Positions 19,053 through 29,709 are shown, counted from the first letter of the stretch. The stretch: DNA of 64,000 nt from Candidatus Bathyarchaeota archaeon (GCA_963720565.1 CAVRFW010000005.1:64001-128000); one strand, 5' to 3'. Numbers and translations are program-made. The notes: generated from the sequence alone by a model not told the origin.

Positions 19053-21725
19053 TTGGGTGTAGAGAACCTCAAACTCTTCTTCAATCCTAAGGCCATTGCG
19101 GTCATAGGAGCAAGCGACCGCGAAGATTCCATAGGAGGAAAAATACTTCGCAACCTGGCCGGACATTATAACGGCATAGTTTTTCCAGTGAACCCCTTCA
19201 GAAGAACTGTAAATGGAGTCACAGCCTTTTCCACCGTTGAAAGACTACCTTCTAAAGCTGACTTGGCAATTATTGCGACTCCGGCCCATACAATCCCTCA
19301 AATAGTTGAAGAATGCGGTAAAGCAGCAATAACAAACATAATTATTGTTTCCGCAGGCTTTGAGAAGAACGTTGCAGAAGTAAAAGATCTTAATCAACGA
19401 ATTTTGGAACTGAAACGGACTTACAATCTCCGAATCATGGGGCCCAACAGTTTTGGAGTAATGAGACCCAAAGCCAATTTGTATGCAACTTTCGGAGACA
19501 AAAAGGCAATACCAGGAAAGATCGCATTCATATCTCAAAGCGCCGCACTCTGTGGATTAGTACTTGACTGGTCTCATGAGACTCATGTCGGCCTGAGTGC
19601 AGTGGTCTCCACAGGCACGTCAATGGACGTTAACATCAGTGACTTAGTTGACTATTTCGGAGAAGACCCTCAAACCAGAGCCATTATGCTCTATTTTGAA
19701 GACTTAAAGAACATACGATCTTTCATGAGTGCAGCAAGAGGATTTGCCAGAACCAAACCAATAGTTCTTGTCAAAGCTAGTCGCTTCACAAGAGAAAGAG
19801 AAAGTTCAGAAGTTAGCACTAATGACTTCACTGATGAAGATGAGATTTTCGATGCCGCATTTCGCCGCGTCGGGGTTGTCCGCGTAGATACAATCACTGA
19901 ACTTCTAGCCTGCGGAAGAACCCTATCGATGCAACCAAACCCCAGTGAAAACTGCTTGACGATAGTTACCAACGCAAGCGGGCCAGGAACAATGGCTGTC
20001 GACGAACTCAGGGCTAGAGGCGGTGAACTCTGGAAACCCAGCGGAAACACGATAGATTTACTGAAAAACATTTTGCCTTACTACTGCAACATCTCGAACC
20101 CTGTCGATGTTTTGGAAGAGGCAGCTCCTGAAAGATTCAGAAGAGTGTTACAGGTTTGCATAGATGATCCCGCGGTAACAAGCCTACTGCTAATCTACAC
20201 ATCTCTCGGCACCACCGAACCTCACAGCATAGCGAACATTGTTATGGAGACAACTGCAAAGAAAGGAAAGACTTTTCTAGCTGTTATAATGGGAGAGGAC
20301 AAAAACTGCCAAGAAGCAAGAAGACTACTGAACTGCAACGGTATTCCTGCATTTGAGACCCCGGAAGAAGCCGTTTCCACATTCATGCACATGTACACGT
20401 ACACGAAAAATCTGCAGTTGCTATATCAAACTCCTGAAGAACTCGAGCTAACCTCAGACGTACCAGCACACCTTAGGGGAATCATACGACGTGCTTTCCG
20501 TGAAGGAAGAAAGTCACTCAACCTGCCTGAAGCGCTAGGTTTCCTAGATGCATACAGAATACCAACTGTGAAATCAATGGTCGCCCGGAACGCAGAGGAG
20601 GCAAAAAACAAGGCTGCTGAAATTGGTTTCCCCGTAAAAATCCAAGCTTTATGTTCAACACCACTCTCTAAACCCATTCAAGAGAACTTCTGCTGCGACG
20701 CAGATTCCCTGTCTGAGGTTGAAACTTCGTATAACAAGATTGCGGAAAAAACGGAAAAGTCTGCCTTAGCAGAGTTTCAGGGAACACTAATTCAGCCAAA
20801 ACCCAGAACAGAGGGGCGCAGCTTGTTTGCTGGGTCAAGAAAAACCCCCAAATTCGGCTCCATTATCCTCTTCGGAAGCAGCAGAGCTGGAAAGACACAT
20901 AAAAGACCTGTCAGCATAGGCTTTCCGCCTCTAAATCAGGTTCTCGCCAAACAGATTGTTGAAAACTCGGATTTCACACAATACGTACGCGCTCACCCGA
21001 ATAATCACAACAAAATAAAAGGCGCTATTGAAGAAACACTGGTGAAACTATCTCAGCTTGTAATAGACTTCCCTGAAATAAGAGAGATCGATGTAGATCC
21101 ATTGATTCTTGAAGACAACTGTGTGTATGCAGCAGATGCTTACATCACTATTGACGGAGATAGACTAATGCGTGAAGCATCTGACCATCATGAGCATCTA
21201 GTCATCTCGCCGTACCCCAAAAAATACGTTGCAGTTCGAACCTTGAAAAACGGGCTACAAGTTAGATTACGACCTATAAAGCCTGAAGACGAGAACCGCT
21301 TCAATACACTTTTCAAGTCTTTGTCTGAGGAAAGCGTCAGACTCCGATTCTTTGAAACCATAAAAGAGCTATCTCACGACACCCTGACTCGATACTGCAA
21401 TTTGGATTACGATCGGGAAATAGCCATAGTAGCTGAATTTCAAGATGACAAGAGAATCATCGGTGTGGTAAGAATAATACCTGACCTTGCGGGAAAAACT
21501 GGCGAATTTGCTATTATGGTTGGAGATGAGTGGCAAGGATTAGGGTTAGGTTCAAAACTCATGGACATAATCTCCGAGGTTGCACAGGATTTGAAGCTGA
21601 TGAAAATTCACAGTTACGTCAGTCGAGCTAACACCAAGATGATCAGGATGTGCACAAAAAAAGGATTTGAGACCGAGCCAATAGACGAATACGTGATAAG
21701 CATGTCGAAAAAGCTATCACCCTAA
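19053..21725 (+). CDS. Acetate-CoA ligase-like/GNAT fusion (Pat/YfiQ-type protein lysine acetyltransferase)
   Basis: IAVIGAS, GPNSFG, SQSA, NPVD, ATP-grasp remnant, C-terminal GNAT 'WQGLGLGSKL'. Confidence 0.88.
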   Translation: MGVENLKLFFNPKAIAVIGASDREDSIGGKILRNLAGHYNGIVFPVNPFRRTVNGVTAFSTVERLPSKADLAIIATPAHTIPQIVEECGKAAITNIIIVSAGFEKNVAEVKDLNQRILELKRTYNLRIMGPNSFGVMRPKANLYATFGDKKAIPGKIAFISQSAALCGLVLDWSHETHVGLSAVVSTGTSMDVNISDLVDYFGEDPQTRAIMLYFEDLKNIRSFMSAARGFARTKPIVLVKASRFTRERESSEVSTNDFTDEDEIFDAAFRRVGVVRVDTITELLACGRTLSMQPNPSENCLTIVTNASGPGTMAVDELRARGGELWKPSGNTIDLLKNILPYYCNISNPVDVLEEAAPERFRRVLQVCIDDPAVTSLLLIYTSLGTTEPHSIANIVMETTAKKGKTFLAVIMGEDKNCQEARRLLNCNGIPAFETPEEAVSTFMHMYTYTKNLQLLYQTPEELELTSDVPAHLRGIIRRAFREGRKSLNLPEALGFLDAYRIPTVKSMVARNAEEAKNKAAEIGFPVKIQALCSTPLSKPIQENFCCDADSLSEVETSYNKIAEKTEKSALAEFQGTLIQPKPRTEGRSLFAGSRKTPKFGSIILFGSSRAGKTHKRPVSIGFPPLNQVLAKQIVENSDFTQYVRAHPNNHNKIKGAIEETLVKLSQLVIDFPEIREIDVDPLILEDNCVYAADAYITIDGDRLMREASDHHEHLVISPYPKKYVAVRTLKNGLQVRLRPIKPEDENRFNTLFKSLSEESVRLRFFETIKELSHDTLTRYCNLDYDREIAIVAEFQDDKRIIGVVRIIPDLAGKTGEFAIMVGDEWQGLGLGSKLMDIISEVAQDLKLMKIHSYVSRANTKMIRMCTKKGFETEPIDEYVISMSKKLSP

Positions 21726-21746
21726 CCTCGTTCCATACGATTGAAC

Positions 21747-22079
21747 CTAAAGATCTAAATCGTTAAGGAATTTCCAGAAATCTTCCACAAATCTGACTAT
21801 CCGAACTTCCAAACAATTTGAACCTGCATACAGATCCTCGTCAGTTTCGCACTTGAAAAATCCGACGGTGTGAGGAAACCCTTCCTGAAACTCGGGGTTT
21901 TCGACCACTTCAAACAGGCAAACAAGTTTGTCCGCAATCTTTCTTTTGCGATCTGAAAAGAAGACCGAGTAGTTTGGGTATTTTTTTCCCCTATTTCCCA
22001 AGTTGGGAAACGTAATTATCCATTCTAACTCTTGAAAACAAAATTTTTTTTCCAACTTTTCAGTAACCTCTGCACCCAA
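21747..22079 (-). CDS. Hypothetical protein
   Basis: 110-aa ORF. Confidence 0.6.
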   Translation of the reverse strand: MGAEVTEKLEKKFCFQELEWIITFPNLGNRGKKYPNYSVFFSDRKRKIADKLVCLFEVVENPEFQEGFPHTVGFFKCETDEDLYAGSNCLEVRIVRFVEDFWKFLNDLDL

Positions 22080-22136
22080 TCGCTGCCAAACTATTGTGAC
22101 GCAAGTTCAAAATAAGATTTGTTGAAAGATGCTTCC

Positions 22137-22625
22137 CTATGACGCTCGCGTTAACGTCACGTGAAACGTGGCTTGTCCGCCAGGCGGAAAAATGAAGAAC
22201 ACAGTGTAGCTTTGAGGTGTCGATCCGCCGAACCCCCTTGTAAAGGGAGTGCTACCTCTTATCTCAGCATCCGCACTCTCTATTTCTTTCAAGATTGGGT
22301 ACAGGTCCTCGGACATGCACTTATTATCAATTCCTTTGTCCCAGTAACCCCTGTAAATGTATACTTCAGTCCAACCGTTGTCTCCGCCAGGCATTTTGGT
22401 GCAGCTTATCGTCAACAAACAATTCTCGTTTGCGCCAGTAGCTACGGGCACATAACAGACTGACACTGTCGCGTTTAGAAACCTGAGGCAGTCATTTGTT
22501 CCGCTAATAATAAAATCGAGTTCTCTCGGGGTGGCCTGAGGCGAAGCCAACGAGAACATAACAAGAAAAACAGCTAAAGCGCAAACAACCACAGAAATAA
22601 TAACTCGAACCCAGAAACCTCTCAT
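22137..22625 (-). CDS. Secreted hypothetical protein
   Basis: Signal peptide/TM then beta-rich domain. Confidence 0.65.
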   Translation of the reverse strand: MRGFWVRVIISVVVCALAVFLVMFSLASPQATPRELDFIISGTNDCLRFLNATVSVCYVPVATGANENCLLTISCTKMPGGDNGWTEVYIYRGYWDKGIDNKCMSEDLYPILKEIESADAEIRGSTPFTRGFGGSTPQSYTVFFIFPPGGQATFHVTLTRAS

Positions 22626-22856
22626 TCTAATGCCACTCCTTCAACCATCTCTATTAAATGCCACATTGTTTGCAGCTGAAGCAAACTTCTCGTTCAACGT
22701 TCCTACAATCCAATTGTTCTTAAATCTTTAGGCTAAGGACACCGAATCCGCCATTAAATCTGAGAAACGAACTTGCGTGTTCCAGACGCGGAACAATTTG
22801 TTCCTTGAGTAGAACTAAATTCAGCATTAACCCTTAGGATATGCGGTGAGCTCTGC

Positions 22857-23897
22857 ATGGGAAAATGGCTTGAAAAATATGCTGATTCAATCAGATTTTG
22901 GATTTTAGTTGTTGTTGTAACCTATTTTGCATACGCCGTCTATTATGCGGCGAGTGGCATGCGTGACAGCTTTGGCATGCTTTCCAATCAGTTCATTTAC
23001 ACTTCGCTGTCAAGTAACCCTTGGTGGTGGATGATTCTCTTCTACGGCAGCGAAGGCCTTTCAGGTTCGATATCAATAATCAGTCGCGCAGTCGCTGGAG
23101 CCTTCGCCGCTTATGCAGCCTTTCTGTTTTGGAGGAAAAAAGACAGGGCAATACCGCAGGTAAAAAGGATTGCATGCAACGCATTGATATTCGAAGCCCT
23201 GTTCTTTCTCGCCCTGATTCCTTCAATTATAGCCGCTGCTGCCTACAACCTGTCAAGCGAAAATCTATTCTATTTCGGCCATACTCCCGGAATACTGCTC
23301 ATCTACGGCACATTAGTCCCAATTCTCGCAATCGTCATAACCGTTCCGCCACTCCTGCTTAAGTTGCGCTCAACAATCAAACACGAGGCATCTGGCCAAG
23401 GAATCATTAAATGGTCAAGCTTGACGGCAGTCGCCTATCTCCTCTTCGTCTTCTGGTTCAATTATACGATGCTGTGGGCAGGTGTCACAGTTCCCTACGC
23501 ACAAGTCTACGAGCAGTGGGGACTGGATTTCGTGCTTCAACCTGCTAACATGGTGAGCTTCTGTCTCACTATCATCGGTCTGCTGGCTTTAACCCTTTCA
23601 GCACTGAAAACAGCGATGCCTACAATCAAAAAACGAACACTAACGCCAAACCTAACCCGTATTGGCACAATTATGACATTGTTTGGAGGCTACTTCGTAT
23701 TCAACGTGTTCTACTACTACCTCACGGGCGGTTACGCTGCACACCCGAGTGTATGGTATGAAGTTATAGGACCGCTGCATAACCCCAACTTATGGGCAAT
23801 AGCTCTAGTCTTCCTTGGGTTACCGCTGATAGCCTATGACAGAAATAAAAGAAGCCTAGAAATGGACAATAAAACTGGGTTGACCCAGACTGCGTAG
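22857..23897 (+). CDS. Hypothetical multi-pass membrane protein
   Basis: ~8 TM segments; GGTGA RBS. Confidence 0.75.
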   Translation: MGKWLEKYADSIRFWILVVVVTYFAYAVYYAASGMRDSFGMLSNQFIYTSLSSNPWWWMILFYGSEGLSGSISIISRAVAGAFAAYAAFLFWRKKDRAIPQVKRIACNALIFEALFFLALIPSIIAAAAYNLSSENLFYFGHTPGILLIYGTLVPILAIVITVPPLLLKLRSTIKHEASGQGIIKWSSLTAVAYLLFVFWFNYTMLWAGVTVPYAQVYEQWGLDFVLQPANMVSFCLTIIGLLALTLSALKTAMPTIKKRTLTPNLTRIGTIMTLFGGYFVFNVFYYYLTGGYAAHPSVWYEVIGPLHNPNLWAIALVFLGLPLIAYDRNKRSLEMDNKTGLTQTA

Positions 23898-23927
23898 TCA
23901 AAAGGTCAAACTTAAAAGGAGTACCCT

Positions 23928-24128
23928 ACATACATAGCTGATGCTTCTTCGAAGAACAAGAGGCCAAAAACGGTTAATCGCAAGTTTGAGGGGACTCTGA
24001 AAATTGGCTCAATGTTCATGCGGCAAAAACGCTAACGTGTTCGAACGCGGCAAAACAGAATGCATCGACTGCTACCTACAACGAAAAAGAAAACTGTAAA
24101 CGCGTATAGCCTTCAAAATAGGTCGCCT
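23928..24128 (+). repeat. Second copy of the ~200-bp micro-zinc-finger module
   Basis: Homologous to 9035-9240. Confidence 0.85.
24004..24099 (+). CDS. 31-aa zinc-finger micro-protein, paralog 3
   Basis: TTG start; MAQCSCGKNANVFERGKTECIDCYLQRKRKL. Confidence 0.8.
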   Translation: MAQCSCGKNANVFERGKTECIDCYLQRKRKL

Positions 24129-24307
24129 AGTTGACATTCGAGATAAGGCAAAGTCGAATATGTACAATACTCAAATTCTATTCTGGAAGCCAAATATCGG
24201 GCAGCTCACTTAAACACGTGTTCTTTCTAATTGGCCTTGGATTGCGCTACGAAGTCTATAGGCTGGACACTCGTGCCGAACTGTAAGATTTAAGAAAAAC
24301 GGGCTTG

Positions 24308-24841
24308 TTAAAGTCGTGGTTTAGTAATGATTTCGCGGACTCTAACATCAAAAAAGTTATTTACGTTGGCTGCTTGCAAAACCAGTGCCGTGTCTGCGCC
24401 TCCGCCGGTTCCGCCTATACTGATTATGTCTTCTTGCACGCTGATTAAGCCCGAGTCTGCAGCCATCAGGGCAATTTCAACCGCTACTTTGGTACCTTGC
24501 CCGAAAATGCGCAGTGTATTAGCGATTAACTCGTCAATCTGGTAGGTGTTGAACTTGTTGCGTACTGCTCTTCCGACTCCGCCAAAGGCGTGAGTAGTAG
24601 TTAAGATTTTTCCGCCGGCTGCAACAATCTTGTCCCTGTTTTCAGGGCAAAGTTCCGCTTTATTTTTTTCTTTGAACCCGTGACTATGGGTAACTACAAC
24701 AACATCATAACCTTTGAAAGCCACTACGGCTTTGAGTCCAGTAGCACCATTGGTACTGGCAACAAGAATGGTTTTGATGCCCAACTCGTCAGCGCGTTTC
24801 CTGACCAAAGGAAAAATATCCACGTCTTCAACTTTGCCCAT
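24308..24841 (-). CDS. Pyruvate-kinase C-terminal-like domain protein (MTH1675/COG1751 family)
   Basis: VASTNGATG, VVTH, LRIFGQGTKVAVEIALMAADSG, GGTGGGADTA. Confidence 0.85.
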   Translation of the reverse strand: MGKVEDVDIFPLVRKRADELGIKTILVASTNGATGLKAVVAFKGYDVVVVTHSHGFKEKNKAELCPENRDKIVAAGGKILTTTHAFGGVGRAVRNKFNTYQIDELIANTLRIFGQGTKVAVEIALMAADSGLISVQEDIISIGGTGGGADTALVLQAANVNNFFDVRVREIITKPRL

Positions 24842-24994
24842 GCAACCTTCTCACTGCGAAAGTGTTATTTAATGATCTATGAGTTGTTTAACATTAAATT
24901 TACCTCTTGCCTAACTATGGAATTTCGAGCCTGTTCCACCTAACCGTGTGCGTAAGAAGAGGTAAGAATAAACCTTGAAATTGCTGTTCTACCT

Positions 24995-25423
24995 GTGGAC
25001 ACCGCACAAGTTGCCGTCGAAGGAGCAAACATTGTTGTTACAACAACGCCTTCAACTAACCCTCTGGTTCTAAATGAATGGGTAGCAAACGGAACACACT
25101 TCAATTGCATAGACGCCGACGCACCAGGCAAAGAAGAGTTGGATCCTGCAATTTTGAAAACGTCAAAAATATTTGTTGATGATTGGAAACAGGCTCTTCA
25201 CAGTGGAGAGATAAACGTCCCAGTATCCATGGGCGTTCTGTTCCGAGAGAACATTTGGGCCGAGCTGGGAGAAGTGGTAGCTGGAATTAGATCTGGAAGA
25301 TCATCATCAAATGAGATAACGGTTTTTGATTCCACGGGTTTAGCTATTCAGGATGCAACAACTGCTGAGCTTGTCTATCAAAAGGCACTTGAAAAGGGAA
25401 TCGGAAGCTTTGTACATCTCTGA
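24995..25423 (+). pseudogene. Ornithine cyclodeaminase/mu-crystallin (alanine dehydrogenase-like) C-terminal fragment
   Basis: TTTPS, DAPGKEELD, HSGEIN, FDSTGLAIQD; N-terminal half missing. Confidence 0.8.
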
Positions 25424-25545
25424 ACTGGATTCGTGAGCGCAACCGAAGCCATTCTTGCAAACATATGTCTGTAGTCCTACTACATACAATCCCAAAAACT
25501 TAAGCACACAAACAGCGTAAGTATAATGGGGGTGGGGTAAGCACA

Positions 25546-26349
25546 TTGGAACCGCAATTTTCAGACCAACAGGTTCTAGTCGATCTCGGACTCACTCCAA
25601 AACAGGCAAGAGTATACTTGGCTCTCGTTCAGTCTGGGCCCTTAAGAATAGCGGGAATTTCCAAAAACGCAGAAGTTGCGCGTCCGGATGTGTATCAGAC
25701 TCTTGAAAGGCTACAACAGGTTGGCCTGGTCGAAAGAATAATCACGTCACCTCTCCAGTACAAAGCAATTCCAATGGATGATGGTCTCTCATTACTCTTA
25801 GAAACAAGAACGAATCAATACGAGAAAGTAAAAGCAGAAACAGAGGTTCTGCGAGCCACAATCAAAACAGAAAAGCCTGACAAGCCGAATGAGGAGGAGA
25901 GCCACGAGTTCGTTTTGATTCCGGGGGGAAGATCAGCAATTGAGAGAATAGGAGAAGCCATCAAGAATGCTCAGCAAAGCATAGATATTATCCTCTCCTG
26001 GAAAAGAATCGCTCATGGAGTAGTTGAAGTGTTTTCTGAAAGCCTAGAGATTGCTTGGGCAAAAAAGGTGAAAGTTCGGTGTATTTCGGAAAAACCCCCA
26101 GAAAACAAGACCTCGGAACAGTTAATAGAGTATTTCAGAGAAAAGCCTTCGAACCAAATGAGGTTTGTCCCGTATCACCCCGCAACGGTCTTTGGAATAT
26201 ACGATGAAAAAGAAATTTCGTTAGCAGTCGTTCCGAAAACGGATTTAGATAGCTCCCCGACTCTCTGGTCAACCAATAAGGCGCTTGTTTCTTTAGCTGC
26301 AGATCATTTTGAAGTACTTTGGCGCTCATCAACGGAGAAAATACAATAG
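25546..26349 (+). CDS. TrmB-family transcriptional regulator
   Basis: LGLTPKQARVYLAL...VARPDVYQTLERLQQVGLVE...P..Y.A. Confidence 0.88.
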   Translation: MEPQFSDQQVLVDLGLTPKQARVYLALVQSGPLRIAGISKNAEVARPDVYQTLERLQQVGLVERIITSPLQYKAIPMDDGLSLLLETRTNQYEKVKAETEVLRATIKTEKPDKPNEEESHEFVLIPGGRSAIERIGEAIKNAQQSIDIILSWKRIAHGVVEVFSESLEIAWAKKVKVRCISEKPPENKTSEQLIEYFREKPSNQMRFVPYHPATVFGIYDEKEISLAVVPKTDLDSSPTLWSTNKALVSLAADHFEVLWRSSTEKIQ

Positions 26350-26612
26350 AAAGCCGAACTCTGAAAAACCTCGAGAACTTAGGCCAAGGCGCCGGTTCAA
26401 CCACTTGCTGTTGAAAGCTAAAGCGCGCGAGAAGTTATTTGTCCGGTAGCAAATCTCGCCTCTGTTCATTGCGTCCATGGCTCAGACGATAGTCCTTCAG
26501 AGCGTGCACAACCAATAATGGCAATTATAAACACGAAAAAATCACTTAGCACCCAATATAATAGAAGGATTAAGGATAGGAACTTAACCCGAACAACAAC
26601 GAATCTGTTTTC

Positions 26613-27095
26613 TCACCGCATCTTCATTTCCAGGTTTACCATATCACCTTTCCTGAAACCCATTGAATGGTAAAATTGTAACAAATCCCAATCACTCCAG
26701 CTCGCAAGCGTGTACACAATATTTACGCCTTCAACCTCCCGTTCTGCGGTTTCGACACTTTCTTGTCTACCGCTTTTCTTGAAGATTTCAATTAGCGCAT
26801 TGAACAACATTCTTCCGATTCCGCGACGTTGGAAAGCGGGATCTACCCCTAACGTGTCAATCCATCCAACGGTATCAGGAACCCCGAACTCCCAGCCGCT
26901 AACGAAGCCCAGTATGAACCCAACAATCTTGCCTTCTACCACGGCGACCAGAGCAGGACGAGGATAGATACCAGCGTAGGCTATCTTCCTTTTCCAAAAA
27001 GACCGCCTCTCCTGTCCCAAAACCCGCCTGTCGATCTCGACCACTGCGTCGAGGTCATTCTCATCTAAAACTCTAATCTTCACTTCCCCAGACAT
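26613..27095 (-). CDS. GNAT N-acetyltransferase
   Basis: GVDPAFQRRGIG, FYHSMGF. Confidence 0.88.
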   Translation of the reverse strand: MSGEVKIRVLDENDLDAVVEIDRRVLGQERRSFWKRKIAYAGIYPRPALVAVVEGKIVGFILGFVSGWEFGVPDTVGWIDTLGVDPAFQRRGIGRMLFNALIEIFKKSGRQESVETAEREVEGVNIVYTLASWSDWDLLQFYHSMGFRKGDMVNLEMKMR

Positions 27096-27252
27096 AATCA
27101 AGAACCCCCAATGATTAGTGGTTTTCAATACAGATAAAACTTGTTAAACAAGTCTTTTGTGCGCACACTCTGACAAACGACAATGCAACGCGCAGAATGG
27201 AATTTCTAGAACTGAGGAAACAATATATCCTACCAATTTTGACTGTTAGGAC

Positions 27253-27798
27253 ATGGTAGAGCAGGCAAAATACGAGATTCTGCGAAAAATCAACAAAGTC
27301 GAGATAAGACTATACCCACATTTAGTAGTTGCCAGGGTTGAGGGCTACGGCGATGCCGGTTTCAACATTCTTTTCCGTTTCATAACAGGCAACAACAGGC
27401 AAAAATCTAAAGTTGAGATGACGGCACCCGTTATTTCGGAAAAGATAGCCATGACTGCCCCTGTCTTTTCGGAAGAGGATTCTTTGGCATTTGTAATGCC
27501 CGACGGGTTTTCGATCGATACGACACCGGAACCGCTTGATAACCGCGTGAAGATTGTCGAGATACCGGAAAGGGCAGTTGCAGCACTTCAGTTTTCTGGA
27601 TCTTGGTCCAGCTCAGTTTTCGAAAAACGGTCAAGAGAACTTTTGGAAGAGCTAGCCAATGAAGGAGTCAGAACAGCTAGCCAGGTTTTTTCTATGAGGT
27701 ACAATGGACCATTTACTCCCTGGTTTCTACGTAGAAACGAAGTAGCCGTAGTTGTAGATGTTAAAGACAGGGCTTACTCGAAGCAACTCTCAAAATAG
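27253..27798 (+). CDS. SOUL heme-binding family protein
   Basis: FITGNN, MTAPV, FVMP, YNGPFTPWFLRRNEV. Confidence 0.9.
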   Translation: MVEQAKYEILRKINKVEIRLYPHLVVARVEGYGDAGFNILFRFITGNNRQKSKVEMTAPVISEKIAMTAPVFSEEDSLAFVMPDGFSIDTTPEPLDNRVKIVEIPERAVAALQFSGSWSSSVFEKRSRELLEELANEGVRTASQVFSMRYNGPFTPWFLRRNEVAVVVDVKDRAYSKQLSK

Positions 27799-27906
27799 GA
27801 TTCTTCTTTTCAGTCTTTGTTAATTCCACAAACACGCTTTTGCCTATGTATTAACACCAGATCCGAATTTAGGAGCTCGCACTATCTCTTATGCTACAGA
27901 AGCAAA

Positions 27907-28362
27907 TCAACTAACGCTGCTGATAGCCTTCAATACCTCTTGAACATGTTGCTTTACATCTACTTTGGGAAAGACAGCTGAAATTTTTCCTTCTTTGCTG
28001 ATTATGAAAGTCACTCGGTGAGTTAGAACTCCCCCGATTCCGAGAACGCCGTATTGCTTAGCTACTTCCTTCTGGTTGTCACTCAACAAAGCAAAAGGAA
28101 GCGTGTACTTCTTTGAAAACTTGGCGTGAGATTCAACACTGTCTACACTCACTCCAATCACCACAGCACCTCTTTCCTCGAAGGCTTTGTATTCATCTCT
28201 GAAGCTACAGGCTTCCTTGGTGCAGCCAGGTGTAAAATCTTTAGGATAGAAGTAGAGGACAACCGTTTTGCTGCCGAGAAAATCCTTCAGTCTAACGGGA
28301 AAACCCCTTTCATCTATCAAACTGAAATCTGGAGCAACATCTCCAATCTTCAACTCAACCAC
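27907..28362 (-). CDS. bcp: Peroxiredoxin (BCP/PrxQ)
   Basis: FYPKDFTPGCTKEAC. Confidence 0.92.
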   Translation of the reverse strand: MVELKIGDVAPDFSLIDERGFPVRLKDFLGSKTVVLYFYPKDFTPGCTKEACSFRDEYKAFEERGAVVIGVSVDSVESHAKFSKKYTLPFALLSDNQKEVAKQYGVLGIGGVLTHRVTFIISKEGKISAVFPKVDVKQHVQEVLKAISSVS

Positions 28363-28563
28363 AAAGTTCACCGGATATTCAGTCGCTAATTCCACTATAA
28401 TAACATGGTGCTCCGCCAACCTCTTCACTGCAAATTTCTTGTTTAACCTCGTTTTGGCTAATCCCGCCAACAAACCAGACAAATATTTAGCGGACTCTCA
28501 AAAAATTGCACACAAGAAATATTAGGCGATCTAGTGGATGATTGAAGTGGTGATATAACTCAA

Positions 28564-28809
28564 ATGAACAAAGGCAAACTAGAGAAAGAGCTTGTAGAAC
28601 CTTACTTACCGAATAAAACTATTCCCCCCGAATACATTAGGGATGTTCTGGATGAAGCTAACAAGGATTTTCCGCTGAGGGATTTTGATTACGAGGTCCC
28701 ACACAAATGGCCACTTGAGGAATACAAGGACAGATACGAGAGATTAGAGCAACAAATGCTCGAGATCATAAGCTGGCGTGTACGCTGGTTTGGGAAGAAA
28801 GAAACGTAG
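28564..28809 (+). CDS. Hypothetical protein
   Basis: 81-aa ORF with GGTGA RBS. Confidence 0.6.
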   Translation: MNKGKLEKELVEPYLPNKTIPPEYIRDVLDEANKDFPLRDFDYEVPHKWPLEEYKDRYERLEQQMLEIISWRVRWFGKKET

Positions 28810-28905
28810 GAGACCACGTTTAAAACCTGTTCACTTCAGCGAGCTTAGACGCTACCAGCAAGAGCCTACGCTATCTATAAGAAAAGGACCGACTGTTATT
28901 ACACG

Positions 28906-29646
28906 GTGATCATAACGCAATCGCGTTTTGGAGATGATTTTCAGAAGGGGACAAAATACCAAAGAGGAGACGTCTGGGCTCCACTGGATTGGGCAGCAAA
29001 ACCTGAAGTCTACAAGACTTATCCATCAAGAAGGCAACTTCAGCTTTCACATCAATTCCAAAACCAGACTCTTCCTTTTGTAGAGGTGCTCAAGAAACGG
29101 AGAAGTATTCGAAGCTACTCACCTGAAGCACTACGCACTTCTGATTTGTCTTTTCTCCTGTGGGCATCTACGGGCATTCAAAGAAAGCAGCATGACCACG
29201 AGTTCCGCACAGCGCCTTCGGCTGGGGCATTGTATCCGATTGAAACTTACCTCGCAGCAAACAACGTTGAAGGATTGGAGAAAGGTCTATATCACTACAA
29301 CATTCCCGCGCATGCTCTGGAAGAGCTGAAAATCGGAGCTCTCGGAGAAGAACTAGCTCATGGTGCTTTGGAGCAGGAGATGTGCGAGGAAGCACCAGTG
29401 GTGTTCGTCTGGACAGCGGTCTTTGGCAGGTCAAAATGGAAATACAAGCAAAGAGCGTACAGGTACGTGTATTTAGACGCAGGCCATATAGCTCAGAACC
29501 TCGCCTTGTCCGCGGCAAGCATTGGCCTTGGATCTTGCCAGATTGGAGCCATCTTTGATGATGAAATAAACAGCATCTTAGGTGTAGACGGAATAGAGGA
29601 AAGCACAATATACCTTAGCGCAGTTGGTTATCCAAAACAAGGTTAG
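28906..29646 (+). CDS. SagB/ThcOx-type nitroreductase-family dehydrogenase
   Basis: RRSIR, RTAPSAGALYP, DAGHIAQNL. Confidence 0.9.
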   Translation: MIITQSRFGDDFQKGTKYQRGDVWAPLDWAAKPEVYKTYPSRRQLQLSHQFQNQTLPFVEVLKKRRSIRSYSPEALRTSDLSFLLWASTGIQRKQHDHEFRTAPSAGALYPIETYLAANNVEGLEKGLYHYNIPAHALEELKIGALGEELAHGALEQEMCEEAPVVFVWTAVFGRSKWKYKQRAYRYVYLDAGHIAQNLALSAASIGLGSCQIGAIFDDEINSILGVDGIEESTIYLSAVGYPKQG

Positions 29647-29709
29647 GCTGATTTCCAATTTTCTATTTTGAATCATAGATCTGAAAACAGAAAAACCAAA
29701 ACAAACCAC

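Noticed and set aside
28906..29646. SagB-like gene as a RiPP (TOMM) cluster
   Set aside because: No YcaO, precursor peptide or transporter adjacent; stand-alone homologs are common in archaea
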